A stretch of 64,000 nt of DNA from Eledone cirrhosa (lineage: Eukaryota): the NCBI GenBank assembly GCA_964016885.1, contig OZ024742.1, positions 37,944,001-38,008,000 on the forward strand, written 5' to 3'. This document shows, one piece after another, positions 10,662-25,186 of this stretch. The notes under the pieces were generated by a model. The model was not told where the DNA came from. It searched no databases and saw only the letters and a list, made by a program, of their open reading frames with translations. Each line of letters starts with the position of its first letter. Position 1 is the stretch's first letter. The position numbers and the translations under genes are program-made.

Positions 10662-12429
10662 TTTGCTGATGACAATTGCAGGCATTTCATTATATTTACA
10701 ACCAGGAACCAATATTAAGTAATATTATGGAGGGAAGAAAAAACATTTTTTTTAAATTAGTATAATAGCGCACTTTATAAATGTTTAATTGCATAGTTTT
10801 GTTATCCAGCCTTGTGTACTTGATGCTACTAATAAATAAATAAAATGTGTATAAGATTTCTGGCAACAATAGAAATACATTGGATGAATTAGATATGTTA
10901 TGTTCCAAGACTAGCTAGGTTAGGGAGGCAGTGTGGAGACATCATGTCTTGCTCATATGCTTCATTTCTGTAACAAGTGTGTACTAAGTACATTATATTG
11001 TGACAACACTACCACTTTACAGCCTTCAAATAAAACACTGTTTTCTACACTTTACAATGCTTCAAGCAAACCACAATACCCTCATATGGAAAAGTTATAT
11101 TAAAAAATCTTTCTAAATTCTTCATTATTTAAAAAATTAGTAGAAAATCATACAGTGTATTTTATTAGAAATATGGTAACAAAAGGGTTAACACAGATTT
11201 AAGCCAAGGACATAAAATATCTTGTTCTAAATATTTTCATGTACCTAATTTACAAACATAATATAGACAGTTATACAGTCTCTGAGGTGATTAATCATCT
11301 AATCTGAGTATCAATAGGAGTTTAATTTGGTTGGCTTATTACAGTCAACTGCACTAATTATCAGATTTAAAAAAGAAAAAAATCTCTTTAATGGGTACGA
11401 CTAATTCTCAAGTAGATCACCACAGAAATACATAGGAAATAGCTATCACTTTACATATTGCCTTCAATTATAAGGAATGTTGGCACAAAAATTATGGACA
11501 TTTCAGAATTGACTGAGGTACATCCGCCATGAGCTTTTGCTACTCTTATTTGAAATGTTAACTTACTAGGATTACAAACATTTATTGACTTCAGAGGGAT
11601 GAGGGGTTGGGCTAAACTGATATTGGAAGCTTTTAAATGTTGAATTATACCAGAACATTCTAAAATAATATCAGAATATTACAAAATATTCATTCTGGTA
11701 GCTTGCAAGTTTCTTGCCAAAAAAAAAAAAAAAAAAAAATACAAACATACCCACTTATGCTGGTATAATGTCGTGAAAATTATATCAAATCCAGAATAGA
11801 AAAACATAAATTCCTGTTACTAGCCTGCAAAAGACACTTTATTACTATTTCAATACCAAAACAACCCATTTTAAAGGGTTCCTATTTAAATTAAAATCTT
11901 CCAACAATTTGACATAAGAAATAGTATCATATTAATGAAATAATTATTTTAGAAAATCCCTCCAAATTCCTCATTGGTTAATTAAAATACAATGTGTTTT
12001 ATAATAAATATAGAAATGAAAGAGTTAAATAGGTTCAAATACTGCATTCCACTAACTATGTATAACATTTCAGACAGAGTAGTGTGGTTAAGTAGTTTGC
12101 TTTGTAGCCACGTGGCTTCAGATTAAGGGTTTGTCTATATCTTGTAACTTAGGGGTTTCATGAAAAGAGGATGATAGAATAAGTACCAGATTTGAAAAAA
12201 TAAGTACTAGGGTTCATATGATCCCTAAATCTTTTCAAGGCAGTGCTTCAGCATCGTCATAGTCAAATGACTGAAACCAATAAAATAAATAGATGAATAA
12301 ATAAGAGAAACTCAAGCAAATTTGGTGTTAGACATTAATATTTCCCTCTTCTGATGATATTCTTTCTTCTTCAATATATATCCATTACTTGACGAAGTTC
12401 CTCCCCAGCTCAGCCTGTCCAGCATTTCT

Positions 12430-12860
12430 GCCTGAATTTTCCCTGCTTCCAACCCAGTATCATCCTAAAAAACATCCTTCAGCACAGTGGTTGGTCTCCA
12501 AACTCATCTACATACATCAGATTTCCACAAAAGAATTTAGCCAGGAGGTTAATTGTGACATTTCGTGTTTGGCTAATGCAAACCTCCTATGCCTTATGAT
12601 GTCAGAAAGGCAAAGGTATGAGCTGTAGAGAGATTTATTTGCTACATGTGTTCTCCAGGATATGTTCTGGACCTTTCTCAGCATTCACATGAATGTGCCA
12701 TTAATTCTCTTTATGAGTGATTTTATTAGTGTCCCGGACTCACATCCAAGAGGAGAATGGATTCAACTGCTACTTTCAATAGCGTCATTTTCATGGGGCT
12801 TTTTATCGGAAGCACCTACACCTATGATAGGGAGTTGAGACCCCCCATGCCTTGCCTATC
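12430..12860 (-). mobile_element. Decayed LINE C-terminal fragment (RTE-X/RTE-like)
   Basis: Minus-strand remnants VESILL..., RINGTF.MLRKVQNISWRTHVANKSLY, LSDIIRHRRFALA, typical of the post-RT region. Confidence 0.65.
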
Positions 12861-12942
12861 TATATGATGTCCATATCATATCACTCATTTAAATATTTTA
12901 GCATAACTTCATAAATTTATTGGCTGCTGCTTATTATTATTG

Positions 12943-13097
12943 TTTAACTCTTAACATCCTGTAATGATTGTGAAAATTTGCAGCTAATTCAAGTAAAGAA
13001 CTTAATTTTTAATGTGATGCAGCAATAATACAGTTTTGTACTTTTCAAGAATGTCTTGCAAATGTGGTTTTACATGGTACAAGAGGTTAAGAGTTGA
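12943..13097. mobile_element. MITE with TTAACTCTTAACATCCTGTA-type TIRs (related copies ~27790-28010, 28261-28480, 29910-30126)
   Basis: ttaactcttaacatcctgta ... tacaagaggttaagagttgaa; internal sequence shared between copies. Confidence 0.65.
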
Positions 13098-14649
13098 AAC
13101 TGTGTTAGCACTGATGTAGCAGACTTATGATCAAAAACATTTCAGCAATAATCATCTTGTCTTATACTTAAGACTACACAATCCAAAGTGTTCCCCCTTT
13201 TTTATTACAGTAGGATGCAATTGAAACTAGGTTTGGTTGCTAAATACAGCAATTAAAGTGACAACATATAGGCTCACTCATTGGCTTAGTGTGTGTGGTA
13301 GACATAATTGTGCATGACTGGCTTCATACTCATCGAGGTAATATTTTACAGTTGGATACCTTTTCTGGCGCCACATTTTTTAGTCAGCAATGGAAAAAAT
13401 CATCATAATGATAATGACGATGACAATATAAAATTTTAAAAGTCATTTAACATATGCTAACATTTAAAAAATTATAAAACAGAGATAAATTATTGAATTA
13501 ATTTCCATTTCATTTCTTCAAGATAAACTTTGGTTTTATAAAAACTAAATGACCACTTGGATTTCAAAACTTAATAAATCATATACAGATAAAATTTCAT
13601 TTCTTTAATCATAAATAGAAAAAAAATCATGCTCCAGACCTCCCAAAATGTATTGAAGAGCATTTTAATTTTTTATCTGAACTTTTTTTTACAGGAAAGC
13701 AGAATAGAAAATGCAATAAATTATAACAAAACTGCCCCAGCATGGTTACAGTTTCATGATTGAAGCCAGTAAAATAATAAAAGAACTAATTAATTTGGAT
13801 TCTGTGCTGTTATCAAGGCAATAAACTGACAGAATTATTCTATGGATATTATATTTAGTTCACTTCTCTCTATATTGGAAACAAACAAGTTCACTGGAAG
13901 ACAAAATCTGCAATGATTATATATATATAAAATACAGTTTCTTATCACCATGCCATTCTTGGTTTGTCTCTTTATTTGTTTAAGCCATAGGATTATATTT
14001 GTTTTTATTTGATTAAAATGATTTTGTAATGATTGTTACTGAATAAAGATAAGTTCCTGAAAATCCAACTTGACAATCTAGTTTTGATTTTTATCGATAG
14101 CTGTTTTACTTCTCTTAAATCACTAACCCTCTTGAGAAAATATGAACAACACAACTGTAATTTATTATTGATTTATACTATTGATTATGACAAGTTAAAA
14201 CCTATTAAAAATATGGGGATTTTTATGAGAACTAAACATTCTTTGAGATTTTAAAAATTACTATTGCTAAAAATGACATAAAAATAATTTTCAATGAAGA
14301 GAATAAATGAAGGAATTTGAAAAACTAGTTGCAAAATTTAATGAAATAAGCTGTAAAGAAGTAATTTTCAAATCTTTCTTTTTCACTTAACCCCATTTAC
14401 CACCCTTACTATCGTGCACAATAATGACTATTCAGCACAGAGACAGAGAAAATATGAAATAAGTGTATTTAGCATTGCAAAATTAAATCTTAATTTTAGG
14501 GTATGATATATTTATGCAGTCATGTCAATTTTTGCCCCAAGAATCAACATCTTAGACTCAGGTATTATTGTTAGTCGTCATTTTCGTCCTCTCCTCCCAC
14601 TTTCATCAGGTTACAGCTGAAAAGAGTTACTGGGCTTCTAGTTCTTGCA

Positions 14650-14860
14650 CTTCAGCCTAGTCAACCTTGTTTATAATATAACCCTGCATAAAGGGCCTCC
14701 AAACCTAAGTCACTGACCACTTCGAGTGCACCTCCAACTACTTTATTTATTGCAAGTTTGTATACATAGGTGAAACCACTGGTTGTCTTGGTGATAGTCT
14801 CTACAAATGCCTCCTCGACATTTCGTACAATACCTAAGCACTTACAAAACCTGTAGCTCA
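14650..14860 (+). mobile_element. Decayed Penelope-like GIY-YIG endonuclease fragment (different clade from 538-3940)
   Basis: Translation VTDHFECTSNYFIYCKFVYIGETTGCLGDSL resembles the FxCxS..IYC..YIGET..LxDR motif of Neptune/Poseidon-type PLEs. Confidence 0.65.
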
Positions 14861-15857
14861 ACATTTTAACTTGCTAGACTACCCATAAATCTCTACAGCT
14901 CTTCCTCCACCCACAAATATGGGGGAGGGGGTAAAATGTTGTTCAAAATGTCGTATATCCTCATTTCGCAAGTATTAAACCTTTCATTACCACATTTCTG
15001 ATAAAATACACTGTATTTGAATTAATCAATTAATAATTTAGAAGGATTTACTAAAATTATTTCAATTTTTAAAATGGTATTTGTTTCAGAGGCAGTTTTG
15101 TGTGATTTGGTATTGAAAGGGTTATTGAATGATTTTTTATACTCTGCATTGACCATTCCTTCTTTAACATATTTACAATTTAACAAACCCTGTCTTGGTT
15201 GCTATGGTGAGTAATTGACCTTGTACATAATACCTATTATAACCCAGTTTTACATGAACTCTATTGTTACTCTTTCACCCATTCTTCACTGCCTTATCCC
15301 TCTCCATCCTAAATCTCCATATCTTGACCACTCCCTAACTGCAACATCAATCTCCTCTACATACAGTTCACATACTATTATTACATTTTCTTCCCCATCC
15401 TCCAAAACTAATTCTTTCTACATAACAGTAACACTGTTTGCATTCACCAATGACTTCAACTATATGGTACTTCAATAGTGAATACAACTGTGTAGGGGGA
15501 CAGAGAATCATGACTATTCTCATCTATACTGCACTTTCCATGTGCCCTTGTGAGTGAGGAAACTATAGAAGTGGGGGTATTTCATTAATACCTACATCAT
15601 CGCAATAAAAGTTCCATTGTCTGTTTGTAAATTGAAACAGCCTATGTTAATTAAGCCTAAATTCAATTAGGCCCAACTACAATTTATACAACAACAGCAA
15701 CAAAGAATTCTCTCTTCCTTTCGTTTATGAACTCATAAACTTAGTGGCAGCCAGGTTTTGGAGATTAAATCCCATAGCTACAACATCTCAAACAATTGGT
15801 AGAAAGATGACATTCTAGATTCTTGGAAAATTATTGAGTGGAAATACTTTTTATTCT

Positions 15858-15860
<3 letters not shown>

Positions 15861-15920
<60 letters not shown>
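15861..15920. repeat. (GA)n microsatellite
   Basis: Direct inspection. Confidence 0.97.
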
Positions 15921-15921
<1 letters not shown>

Positions 15922-17707
15922 ATTCGCGCACACACACATGCATGTTTGTTTTCTTTTTTCAATTAAAGGGATTAGGCAGTCCTGCAAACATTTTATTTTC
16001 ATTTATCAATCAATTTATTTCTGCATCAAATAAATGTTTATCCAATTATTAACAAGTTCATGCCAGTTTTAAACCATAATGAAATATCTTATGAACATGA
16101 AAAGAATAAAACACAATAAGCAAAAATAAAAATAATTCCTAATAACAATAACAACAACGAAAATATTGTGTACAGTGCTCAGATGCACTACAACTGAACA
16201 AAAATGTATGTATAGTACATAAAGTAATGTACAAACGTCAGGCACTTATATTAAAAATGTTTGTTCCACAAACATAAAATTTGGTTATTGATTATTAGCC
16301 CTAAGTTAGCCCTGATCAAAGAGATTTATGATCAGACATACCACACTATCTTTTTATCAAACATAATGTTTCTAGGACTACTTTATTGAATATTACTTTC
16401 TTAAAACAATGTGATAGATTTGACTGCTGTTTCTAACAAAGCAAGGAACCATGCAGAGACCCCTTCACACTTATTTTTATAATAGATGGGGAATGGTTTA
16501 TCACAAAGGGTTATATCGATCTGCTAATTTAGATATGAGGGTAGTAGATTAACAGAATCATTAAAGTGTTGGACAAATTGCCTGTAGTATTTAGTCAGCC
16601 ATATTTACATTCTGAGTTCAAATCAAAACAGTTAAATTTGCACTTCCTTTTCCATGGTCAACAAAATAAAGTACCCACCCATTGGGCAAATTTAATATTC
16701 CTATAAGACATTTTAGATGGAAATGAAATTATGATTAAAAAAAAGAAGAAAATGTGGGCAACAAATAGTAAGTGCAGGAAAAAAAAAAAAACTGGTTAAA
16801 ATACATTTAATTCTTTAGTCATCATTTGGTTCTTCACAAGAAAGTAACTGAATTAGTACAAGCACAGTTGGTGTTGTAAAATAGATAAATGTACTAGTAT
16901 AGATAACAGTATAGGTACACACTGTTTTATTCTCTCTCTCTCTATCTATCTCTCTCACTCTCTCCCGTGCATGCATGTGTATTTAAAGAGCAAACACAGT
17001 ATAGCTGAATACTAAAAACGTTTGCTTTGCAATTATTAGGTCCTTGATTCAATCCAACTATATGGAATCTTGGGCAAGTGTCATTTACCATAGCCTCAGG
17101 TCAACACATATTTTATGAATGAAAACTGTTTGGAAGCCCATCAGATGAACTGTATTTGTAACTCAAAGGGCCAGCTTTGTCACACACTGTCATGCCGAAT
17201 CTCCCTGAGATGCATTTGTGGAATACTCGGTCACTAACATGTTAATTTCATGAGCAGGCTGTTTTATTGATCGAACAACTGTAACACTCATTATTGAAAC
17301 TGACAGAGGTCCATCAAGTAAGCAAACCATATTTATAGACCAATGCATCATTATATGAGTCAGTGAATAAAAGATATATAAAACTATCTGCTCCAATCAG
17401 TGATATCCAATAACTTCATCAAAAGGAAAATAATCAATAACTTGTAAGGTAAGTGAAATATAGAGAAGCTCTGTAAATAATGAGGAAAACATAGCAGCTG
17501 ATGACATCCTCTATGACTTATAACTATCACTCTCTTTATATATTGATGTTGAAAGTGTTCGAAGCAATGTGGACCTACCTTATTTTCATTTTTCTATACA
17601 TATTAATTATGTCTTAGTCAATCTTAGTCACCAGTCATGCAAAGCATTAAAATAATGTTTTAATGTAGTAACATTTTTATTTGTTTGACTGGTTTAATTC
17701 ATTGTAG

Positions 17708-17929
17708 ATTAACACTTTTCATAGAAAATCACCTGAAACTGCCCCGTGTTCTACAATACAAAACAGTTTGTTTTAAAATGTTCATATCTATCTAAAAACC
17801 TTCCATCATAATTTTATGTAATAACCTTTGTTATATAACTCACTCCTTCAAAATTCTTGATTATTTTCAAAATGATTTGAAAATTACAAACAGTGACTTT
17901 CCTTAAAAATATGGTAACACAAAGGTTAA
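17708..17929 (+). mobile_element. Abundant TTAA-flanked (piggyBac-like) MITE, ~250-290 bp; other copies ~20625-21258, 32790-33030, 38088-38346, 38401-38630, 45840-46212, 48310-48500, 51271-51712, 54587-54845, 60498-60959
   Basis: Recurrent ends TTAACCCTT...AAGGGTTAA and shared core tatctaaaaaccttccatcataattttatgtaagaa...cattagaaatatggtaac. Confidence 0.75.
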
Positions 17930-18261
17930 TTCATTAAACAATAACTCTTTCATTACTACACACTGTCAGTTTCAATGATGAATGTTTCAGTTGTTTGATC
18001 AATGAGACAGCCTGCTCATGAAATTAATATGAAAATTGCTCAGCATTCCACAGACACATGTACCCTAAATGTAGTCACAGAGAGTGACATGACTGGCCCT
18101 ACAAATTACAGGGACAGTTCATCCAACAGGCTTTCGAATACTAATTTCACTCACAAAATATTGGTCAGCTGAGGCTACAGTGCAAGACTTTATAGGTACC
18201 ACATTGTAGGATCAAACATGCTTTCATGTTTTCAGTCATGAAAATCCTATCCTTCTCTCAA

Positions 18262-18447
18262 GGTGGATTGGCAGTATCGGTAGAGGATCGGATGCTATGC
18301 TTTGACGCATAGTTATGGCCCTTGCCATTCTGAGTTCAAATCCCGCCGAGGTTAACTTTGTCTTTCATCCTTACGAGGTCGATAAAATACAGTACCAGTA
18401 ATGCACTGGGTAATTGCTGGCCTTCTGCCAAAAGTAGAAACAATTAT
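18262..18447 (+). mobile_element. tRNA-derived SINE family A
   Basis: ggtggattggcagtatcggtagag...gagttcaaatcccgccgagg...gtagaaacaatt. Confidence 0.85.
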
Positions 18448-19687
18448 CATATGTATCCCTCCCTTTCAAGACAGTTGTGTGTAATTTTACAGCATGTTGG
18501 TAGAATTGTTAGAGCATTAGATATTTCTTCTGTCTCTCTGAGCTTTAATTCAAATTTTGCTGGGGTCCATTTTGCCCTTCATCCTTTCAGTATTGATAAG
18601 CAGCCCAGTGTAAGTGCAACCCTTGCTCCCTTGATCCAGATGTAAGGGAAGGAGGGCCGAAAGAACATGTCTGCTCGCAACTGCATGGGAACCTAAAACC
18701 CTTAAGAAAAGCATGATACACACTACCAAGTCATACTTGGCTCATACAGGTGTAAATTTCTGTACATGTTGCTGCACACACACAACTGTTAACAAATGAA
18801 TGCGTAAATGTTTTGTTAAGAAAAACTATATGAAAGGAATTATTAGTTAGCTTTTTTGACATCAAACGGATTGAAAATATCTCTTTCTACAAACGAAGCT
18901 GTTTATTTTAAAGTGTTTGTATTTATCTAAAAACCTTCCATCATAATTCTAAGAACCTTTGTTATGTACCAAACACTAACTTAACAAAGTTAATTATATT
19001 ACTAAATCCATTCAAATTCTTGCAGTTATTATTTTAATGTGCAGTTAATCCCTATCTGTGTAATTTTAAATCTAATTTTGTACAATAAGTTTACATCTTG
19101 TGGCATATGCTACATGCACTTATGTGGCAAATTATGGTTAAAACACTCATAAAATGTTAAAAATAACAATTACAAATGCTTCTCAGACCCAGAGAATATT
19201 AAACACTGGCACATACCTCAAAGATTTGTGCAGCAATTTGTGTAATTCTATATAGTTTTCTTTAAATAAACCCTGGATTTTTAATTATTTTCAAATGATT
19301 TGAAAAAGTTATAAGCTGTATCTCTTATTAGAAATATGGAAACATTTAAAATAAAAATAAGGTTTGTAGAAACAAAAGACAAAAGATAAAACAATAAACA
19401 TTTATATGTTTAAAACTAAGAATAATTGTTATAAAGATAATAAAAAATAAACATCACATGGAAAAATACACTATATTACTTCCTAGAGATTGTTGATATG
19501 TAGATAAATATATGTCACTGAACTGTGGATCTAAAATACTATTATTAAACTGTTTAAACTTCTCATTGTTACTTTAACATTAAAACAATTTGATGTTTAT
19601 TATAGAAAATGATTTTTCATTTCCGAGGCATATCTTTCCCACGTATCTTTTCTATTTTATGTCCATTCTGCATTTCCACCCAATGAT

Positions 19688-19874
19688 GAAGAAGAAGAAG
19701 AAGAAGAAGAAGAAGAAGAAGAAGAAGAAGAAGAAGAAGAAGAAGAAGAAGAAGAAGAAGAAGAAGAAGAAGAAGAAGAAGAAGAAGAAGAAGAAGAAGA
19801 AGGAGGAGGAGGAGGAGGAGGAGGAGGAGGAGAAGAAGAAGAAGAAGAAGAAGAAGAAGAAGAAGAAGAAGAAG
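19688..19874. repeat. Compound (GAA)n(GAG)n(GAA)n trinucleotide array
   Basis: Direct inspection; pure purine tract of ~185 bp. Confidence 0.97.
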
Positions 19875-21394
19875 ATCCTAAAGGTATGATCACCTGCAAT
19901 TCTTAATTCTTGTGGTTTTGAGGTGAGTTTTATAACCTATAAGTAATGACTATTCAGTCAGAAAGCCAATACCTAATTGACATATCTAGCTATAATTCTT
20001 GCTAGTTGTAATAAATGTTTGAGAACTAATAGGTACATTATGCAGGACATAAACATGTAGTTGTGGATGTTATTTTTAATTGAGATATAGATGAGAGATG
20101 TTACCAGTGAAAGATATATACCAAGTTTCAATATTCCTGTCGATGGTAACTTATAAATCAGACCATTTTAATTTGGACATTTCTGTTAAATACTAAAATA
20201 TTATCTTCAGCTCACACACAAAAATGTACACTTCTGTGTGAGTTTGTGTCTATATGTAAGCATATGTTTATATGTATATACATATTGACATATACAGGCA
20301 TATGTGTGTGTATGTGTTTGTGTACTTACACAACATACACACGAACACATAGATAAATAGACATGGATATAAACACATCCCTACAAATACACGTATGTAT
20401 TTATACACAAAAATACACACACACAATACTGTACATATACATATAAACATATAATTAGAGTTCTGCGTTATAAATATATACCTACACACAAATGTTTTGT
20501 ATGTTGTTTGGAATTCACAACTGGTTCCATTTAGGCATCGCATGGTAAAAGATTCAGAGGTGTTAATGTTACAGGAAATTATTAATAGAGCATATCCGTT
20601 GCAGAGAAAACACTAGTTACAATCACTTAACTTTTTTATTACCAAACCACCTGAAACCACTCCTGGTTCTGATATAAAACAGCTTGTTTTAAAACATATA
20701 CATCTATCTAAAAAATGTCCATCATAATTTTATGTAAGAACTTTTGTTAAGTTATATTCCAAACACCAACTTAATGGTTTCTAATTTAGGCTCAAAGCCA
20801 GAAACTTGAAGAGAGGGGGAAGTAAATTAAATCAACCCCAGTACTTGAATGATACTTCATTTTAGGATGAAAGGCAAAATTAACTTCAGCAGAATTTGAA
20901 CTCAGAACATAAAGAATTGTAAAATGCTGCAAAGCATTTTGGCCAAAGCCCTAAACATTCTGCCAACCCACCACCCTGCACCAGCTTAATAATGTTTCTG
21001 ATTTAATAGGTTTCTGATTTAGGCACAAGACCAACAATTTTGGGGGAGCAGGAAAGTTGATTGAATTGACCCTAGTACATTACTGGTACTTTATTTTATT
21101 GACCCCATAAGGATGAAAAACAAAGCTAACTTCAACACCAGCTTAATGAAAAAAGTTTGTTACAGTACTAAACCACTCCAAATTGTTGATTATTTTCAAT
21201 ATTATTCGAGAATCATAGATAGAGACTTTCATTAGAAATATGGTAATGAAATAGTTAAACAATATTAAAATATTCCAGAGGAAATTGTTGTGTCAAAAGA
21301 AAGGTTTTGGAAATGCTATAGGAAAATAATTACTTTAAACTTGGAGTGATGGGTATGGAGAGATATTGTAGTCATGTCTAACTGGTGCCAATAT

Positions 21395-21546
21395 ATACTC
21401 AGCTGAAAATGGGTGTCCACAGCAGTAGCTGGGTGTTAGCCCTGTGATGGACTAGAATCCTGTCCACATGGGGAATCTTGTACTCAGTCACCCAACACAA
21501 ATGAAACTAGGATAAGCTTTGGCATAAGAACAGACTTTAACCTTTT
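21395..21546 (+). mobile_element. Old SINE 3' half with a conserved metazoan core domain (V/Meta-type)
   Basis: cagctgaaaatgggt...agccctgtgatggactagaatcctgtcca...gaaactaggataagct...cagactttaacctttt resembles widely distributed invertebrate SINE cores; family name uncertain. Confidence 0.5.
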
Positions 21547-21671
21547 AACCAATGTAGGAAATCCCGCCGAGGTTAACTTTGCCTTTCATCCTTACGGGGT
21601 CGATAAAATGAAGTACCAGTAATGCACTGGGTAATTGCTGGCCTTGTGCCAAAAGTAGAAACAATTATTAT

Positions 21672-22040
21672 TCAAGATAAACACAACAGGCATGGCAGTG
21701 TTGAGGCCATCAACAACCAAACCTGTCAGAGAAACAAAATTGTTGGGGGACACACTTTGTGTTTGTGCATTGCTGATCTGTGGTTTGTGTCAAACAGCTG
21801 TTATCACATGCAGGATAGATCTAACTATCAGCTAAGTCTACCATAAAGATTAATTCATTATGGTCCTTTTACAAGGAAAAGCAAGGAGTCATTCTTTGTT
21901 GAGTGGCTAAGCTAAAACTAGTTGTGTGGAGGATGAGGTTGAAATGTTTGAAGATGAGCTTTTCCTTTCAGGCCAGGACCTCATCAAGTTTTCCAAGTAC
22001 CACTTAAGGATAGAAAGAGTGTTGCAACCTTCCAGTGTAT
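21672..22040 (+). mobile_element. Decayed L1/Tx1-like LINE C-terminal fragment
   Basis: Remnants VAKLKLVVWRMR, ELFLSGQDLIKFSKYHL with an upstream His/Cys remnant; weak. Confidence 0.45.
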
Positions 22041-22199
22041 CTTATGAACGGTAGATAAGAGTGGTATTTGTTCTGGTTCTTTACATTCTGAGTTCAAACC
22101 CCAACTTTGCCTTTCATCCTTCAGGCAGTTAATAAAATAAAGTACCAGTAATGTGCTGGGGTCAATATAATCAACTTTCCCCTTCCTCTAAATTTCTGG

Positions 22200-23185
22200 C
22201 CAGTGTGGACTGGGAGGTGTTTGCTGTGTTACCTACATGGCCACATTACAGCGTGGACTATGTGTTTTTTTGTCGTGACACCTATACGACCTCATTTGTT
22301 TCGGACTGGATGTTGTGGTACCAACATAACTTTACAGAGAAAGGTGTGGTGTAGAGGGGGTGGAGGTAGGGGGAGTGGGATGGGGGTGTATTTTTGGTTA
22401 GGAGGTGCCTACTGACTGTAGGTTTTGCTTTGTACTTAGGCAAGGCGAGTCTTCTGTATGACTGCGTAGCGCCAAAGATCTCGGTCCAGTGACATTGTCT
22501 TGGAGAGGTGTAAGTGTATAAGGTCGGAATTTATCAAATCGTCCCAGGTTTTTCTGGGTCTGCCTACTCCGTAGCTTCCATCAATTTTGATCGCCCTGCA
22601 CTTTTTTATATAGCTGTCTTTCATGCGCATCACGTGACCATACCAACGTAGTCGTCTCTCGAGTAAACAGCATCTGATCCCGCTTATTCCTAATTTCTCA
22701 GTTTATTTATGCTTTACCGTTCACGTATATTACTATTACACATCCAACGGAGCATGCATGCTTCGTTCCTCTCCAGTCTGCGCAGATCCTCTGCACACAA
22801 TGCCCATGTCTCACTGCCATGTAATTAGCTTACCTGTGATCCCACTACATCTTTTATGCACCAATACTTTGCATTTGGGACATAAAATGGAGTTTCTGCC
22901 TACTTCTTTCCTATATACTGAGCATGGCCATTTCCCAGAGGGGACCAGTGCCCTATTTTCCTTCCTACATACTAGAACTTTAGTCTTAGACAAGTTAATT
23001 TTAAGGCTTTTTGATTCTAGGCCATGCTTCCAAGTTTGGAATTTCTTCTCTAGTTCAGCCATTGATTCAGCTATGAGCATTAGATCATCTGCATATAGAG
23101 GTTCCCATGGGCAGCCGGTCTTGAACTCCTCTGTTATAGCCTGAAGGGCAATAATAGGAGGGGGCTAAGGACAGAGCCCTGATGA
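22200..23185 (-). mobile_element. RTE LINE fragment with internal deletion
   Basis: ORFs 22436..22633 and 22811..23080 match the RT/PHD and C-terminal parts of the intact RTE; junction near 22822 joins GITGKL to LHGSETW. Confidence 0.9.
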
Positions 23186-23387
23186 ACACATTAGAAAGAA
23201 TTATTACAACCACTATCAGTGATTTCTTTAAGTTAAATGCTGTATATCTTATGCAAGTTTGATAACATGTTTGCTTTAATGGCTCATTATAGTTTAAAAT
23301 ATCCAACATGCATCAAAACAGCTGCCCTATCATTTACAATTAAGTTCCTGGAGATTGTGGTGTGGATAATAGCTTAGTAGTCTACAT

Positions 23388-23728
23388 CAGGGTTTTTCCC
23401 AAACTTTTTGGACTACTGCCCATTCCCTATTTCTTTAAAGAATATATTTCACCAACGATTTGCACACAAATACACACTGTAAAGTTGATAAAAAATTACA
23501 CCTTGAAATTTAAAATCTACTTATTCCTCTCCACCACTAGTTTAGGTGTTTATTAAATAATAAAAGTAAGCAGTTTTGTGAACAACTAATTTATATTCTT
23601 TGCCCCCATTCCTCCCTCAGAACACCTTGCTTTTTACTGACCCCTCTACCACCCCTAACCTTCCAATGCCCTTCTTGAGTCTCTAAGTGCCTCCAAGGGA
23701 GAAATAGTATTCATTTTAGGGATCACTG
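23388..23728. mobile_element. hAT-like MITE
   Basis: CAGGGTTTTTCCCAAACT ... TTTTAGGGATCACTG ends with an imperfect 8-bp TSD gtctacat/gtacacat. Confidence 0.6.
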
Positions 23729-24019
23729 GTACACATGCTTTACGGCATATACATATGTATCATATATTTCTCAGTTCAAATGATTGGGGCAATTTTGCTT
23801 TTCCTTATTTTTAGGTTGACGAAATGTGAACTAGCAATATACTGGTTTAATAATTCTAATTATTTCTATTTGTTCCATTGAAGTAAAGGAGTAATCGTTC
23901 TGATCGATCGACAAAATCTCAGACCTCATTCGTTTGCCGAGTGGAGTGGACCTCGTCAAATCAGACCAAGGAAACAATGTTTCCATTGGTCTTTCCATTG
24001 CTGATACTATCTACCAGTC

Positions 24020-24155
24020 GCAACTCCTGGCAGAGAGAGCAATGTGAAATAAAGTGTCTTGCTCAAGGACACAACACATCACCCAGTCTGAGAATTGAAC
24101 TCACAACCTCACAATTGTGAATCCAACTCTCTAACCACTGAGCCATGCACCTTCA
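24020..24155 (-). mobile_element. tRNA-derived CORE-like SINE head (family B)
   Basis: Reverse complement TGGCTCAGTGG (A box), GAGTTCAATTC (B box), gtccttgagcaagacact (CORE-like). Confidence 0.78.
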
Positions 24156-25186
24156 CTGATACAATACACTGACTATTGTAAAGCATTTACAATTATGCAG
24201 TTGTAATTTATTTTCTAATGATCTGTGACAGTGTTGAAACTAAAGCAATTACATTGTAGAAGAGACATTTTAGTTTTAGCCATTCAAAATACACTTTACA
24301 TTTACCATTTATCTTTTTGGTGTCAACATTTTTGTCGTAGTTTGGGACCTACCTGATCACTAGCACAGTAACAATGCAATTTATTTGAAATTTAATTACT
24401 GGCCAATTCTTATCAGTTTAGGTTTTGTTATTACTACTACTTCTACTGACTAGACTGCAAACACCAGAAAATAAAACCTACAGTAACTTTTTTTAAATCA
24501 AGGGAAATAATTCTTGAAATAAATGTATTATTTCCCTTGTTTAGCTAATTATAAACATTTAAACTTTAAATGGATCTCGTCTACCTTCACAGGAGCACAA
24601 CTGTACTGATTCAATAACAAATACATAAAAAAATTACACTGGATTCCAAGACGAAATTTTACTGAAATTACACACTGAATGTAGAGAAAATATCTGAATA
24701 AATCCTTCATTTTAGATAAGATATTCAAGTAACTTGGGTGTAATAAAATCTAGGATGTTCTCCATAATTACTAAATGAATGAATTTTTAAAAATAATCTA
24801 CAACTGAACTGAGTATTCCATACAAATATGTAACTTTAACATAATTTTTAAGTAGAATCATCATGATACAATGTGAAAAAGCTGGACCTAGGTATCGTCA
24901 ATCCAACAAGCTTCCACGCAGTTTCCAGCTATCAAATTTCCCTCACAAAATTAAGATAAAGAATAATTGGCCATGCAATGTGATCAAACTTGAGATTACT
25001 AAGCAAATTTCTTAACTCAGCTATGCATGTGTCCACACACACACACACAATAAAAATAATAATGATGATGATGATTTATTTTATGGTTACAAGAGTCCAA
25101 GGCATTAGGAACAATACAGAGACAAAAACAGCAGAGTGGGGTTTGCATTGAGTAAAAGAAAAGGGACAAACAGTAGATATAACAAT

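Noticed and set aside
14020-14070. Possible next liprin exon (ttttcAG GAA CTT ATC)
   Set aside because: The frame hits TAA after six codons and shows no similarity to the expected ELLxRxSLET sequence.
19590-19899. Poly-K/E and poly-S/P ORFs
   Set aside because: Translations of the GAA/GAG array.
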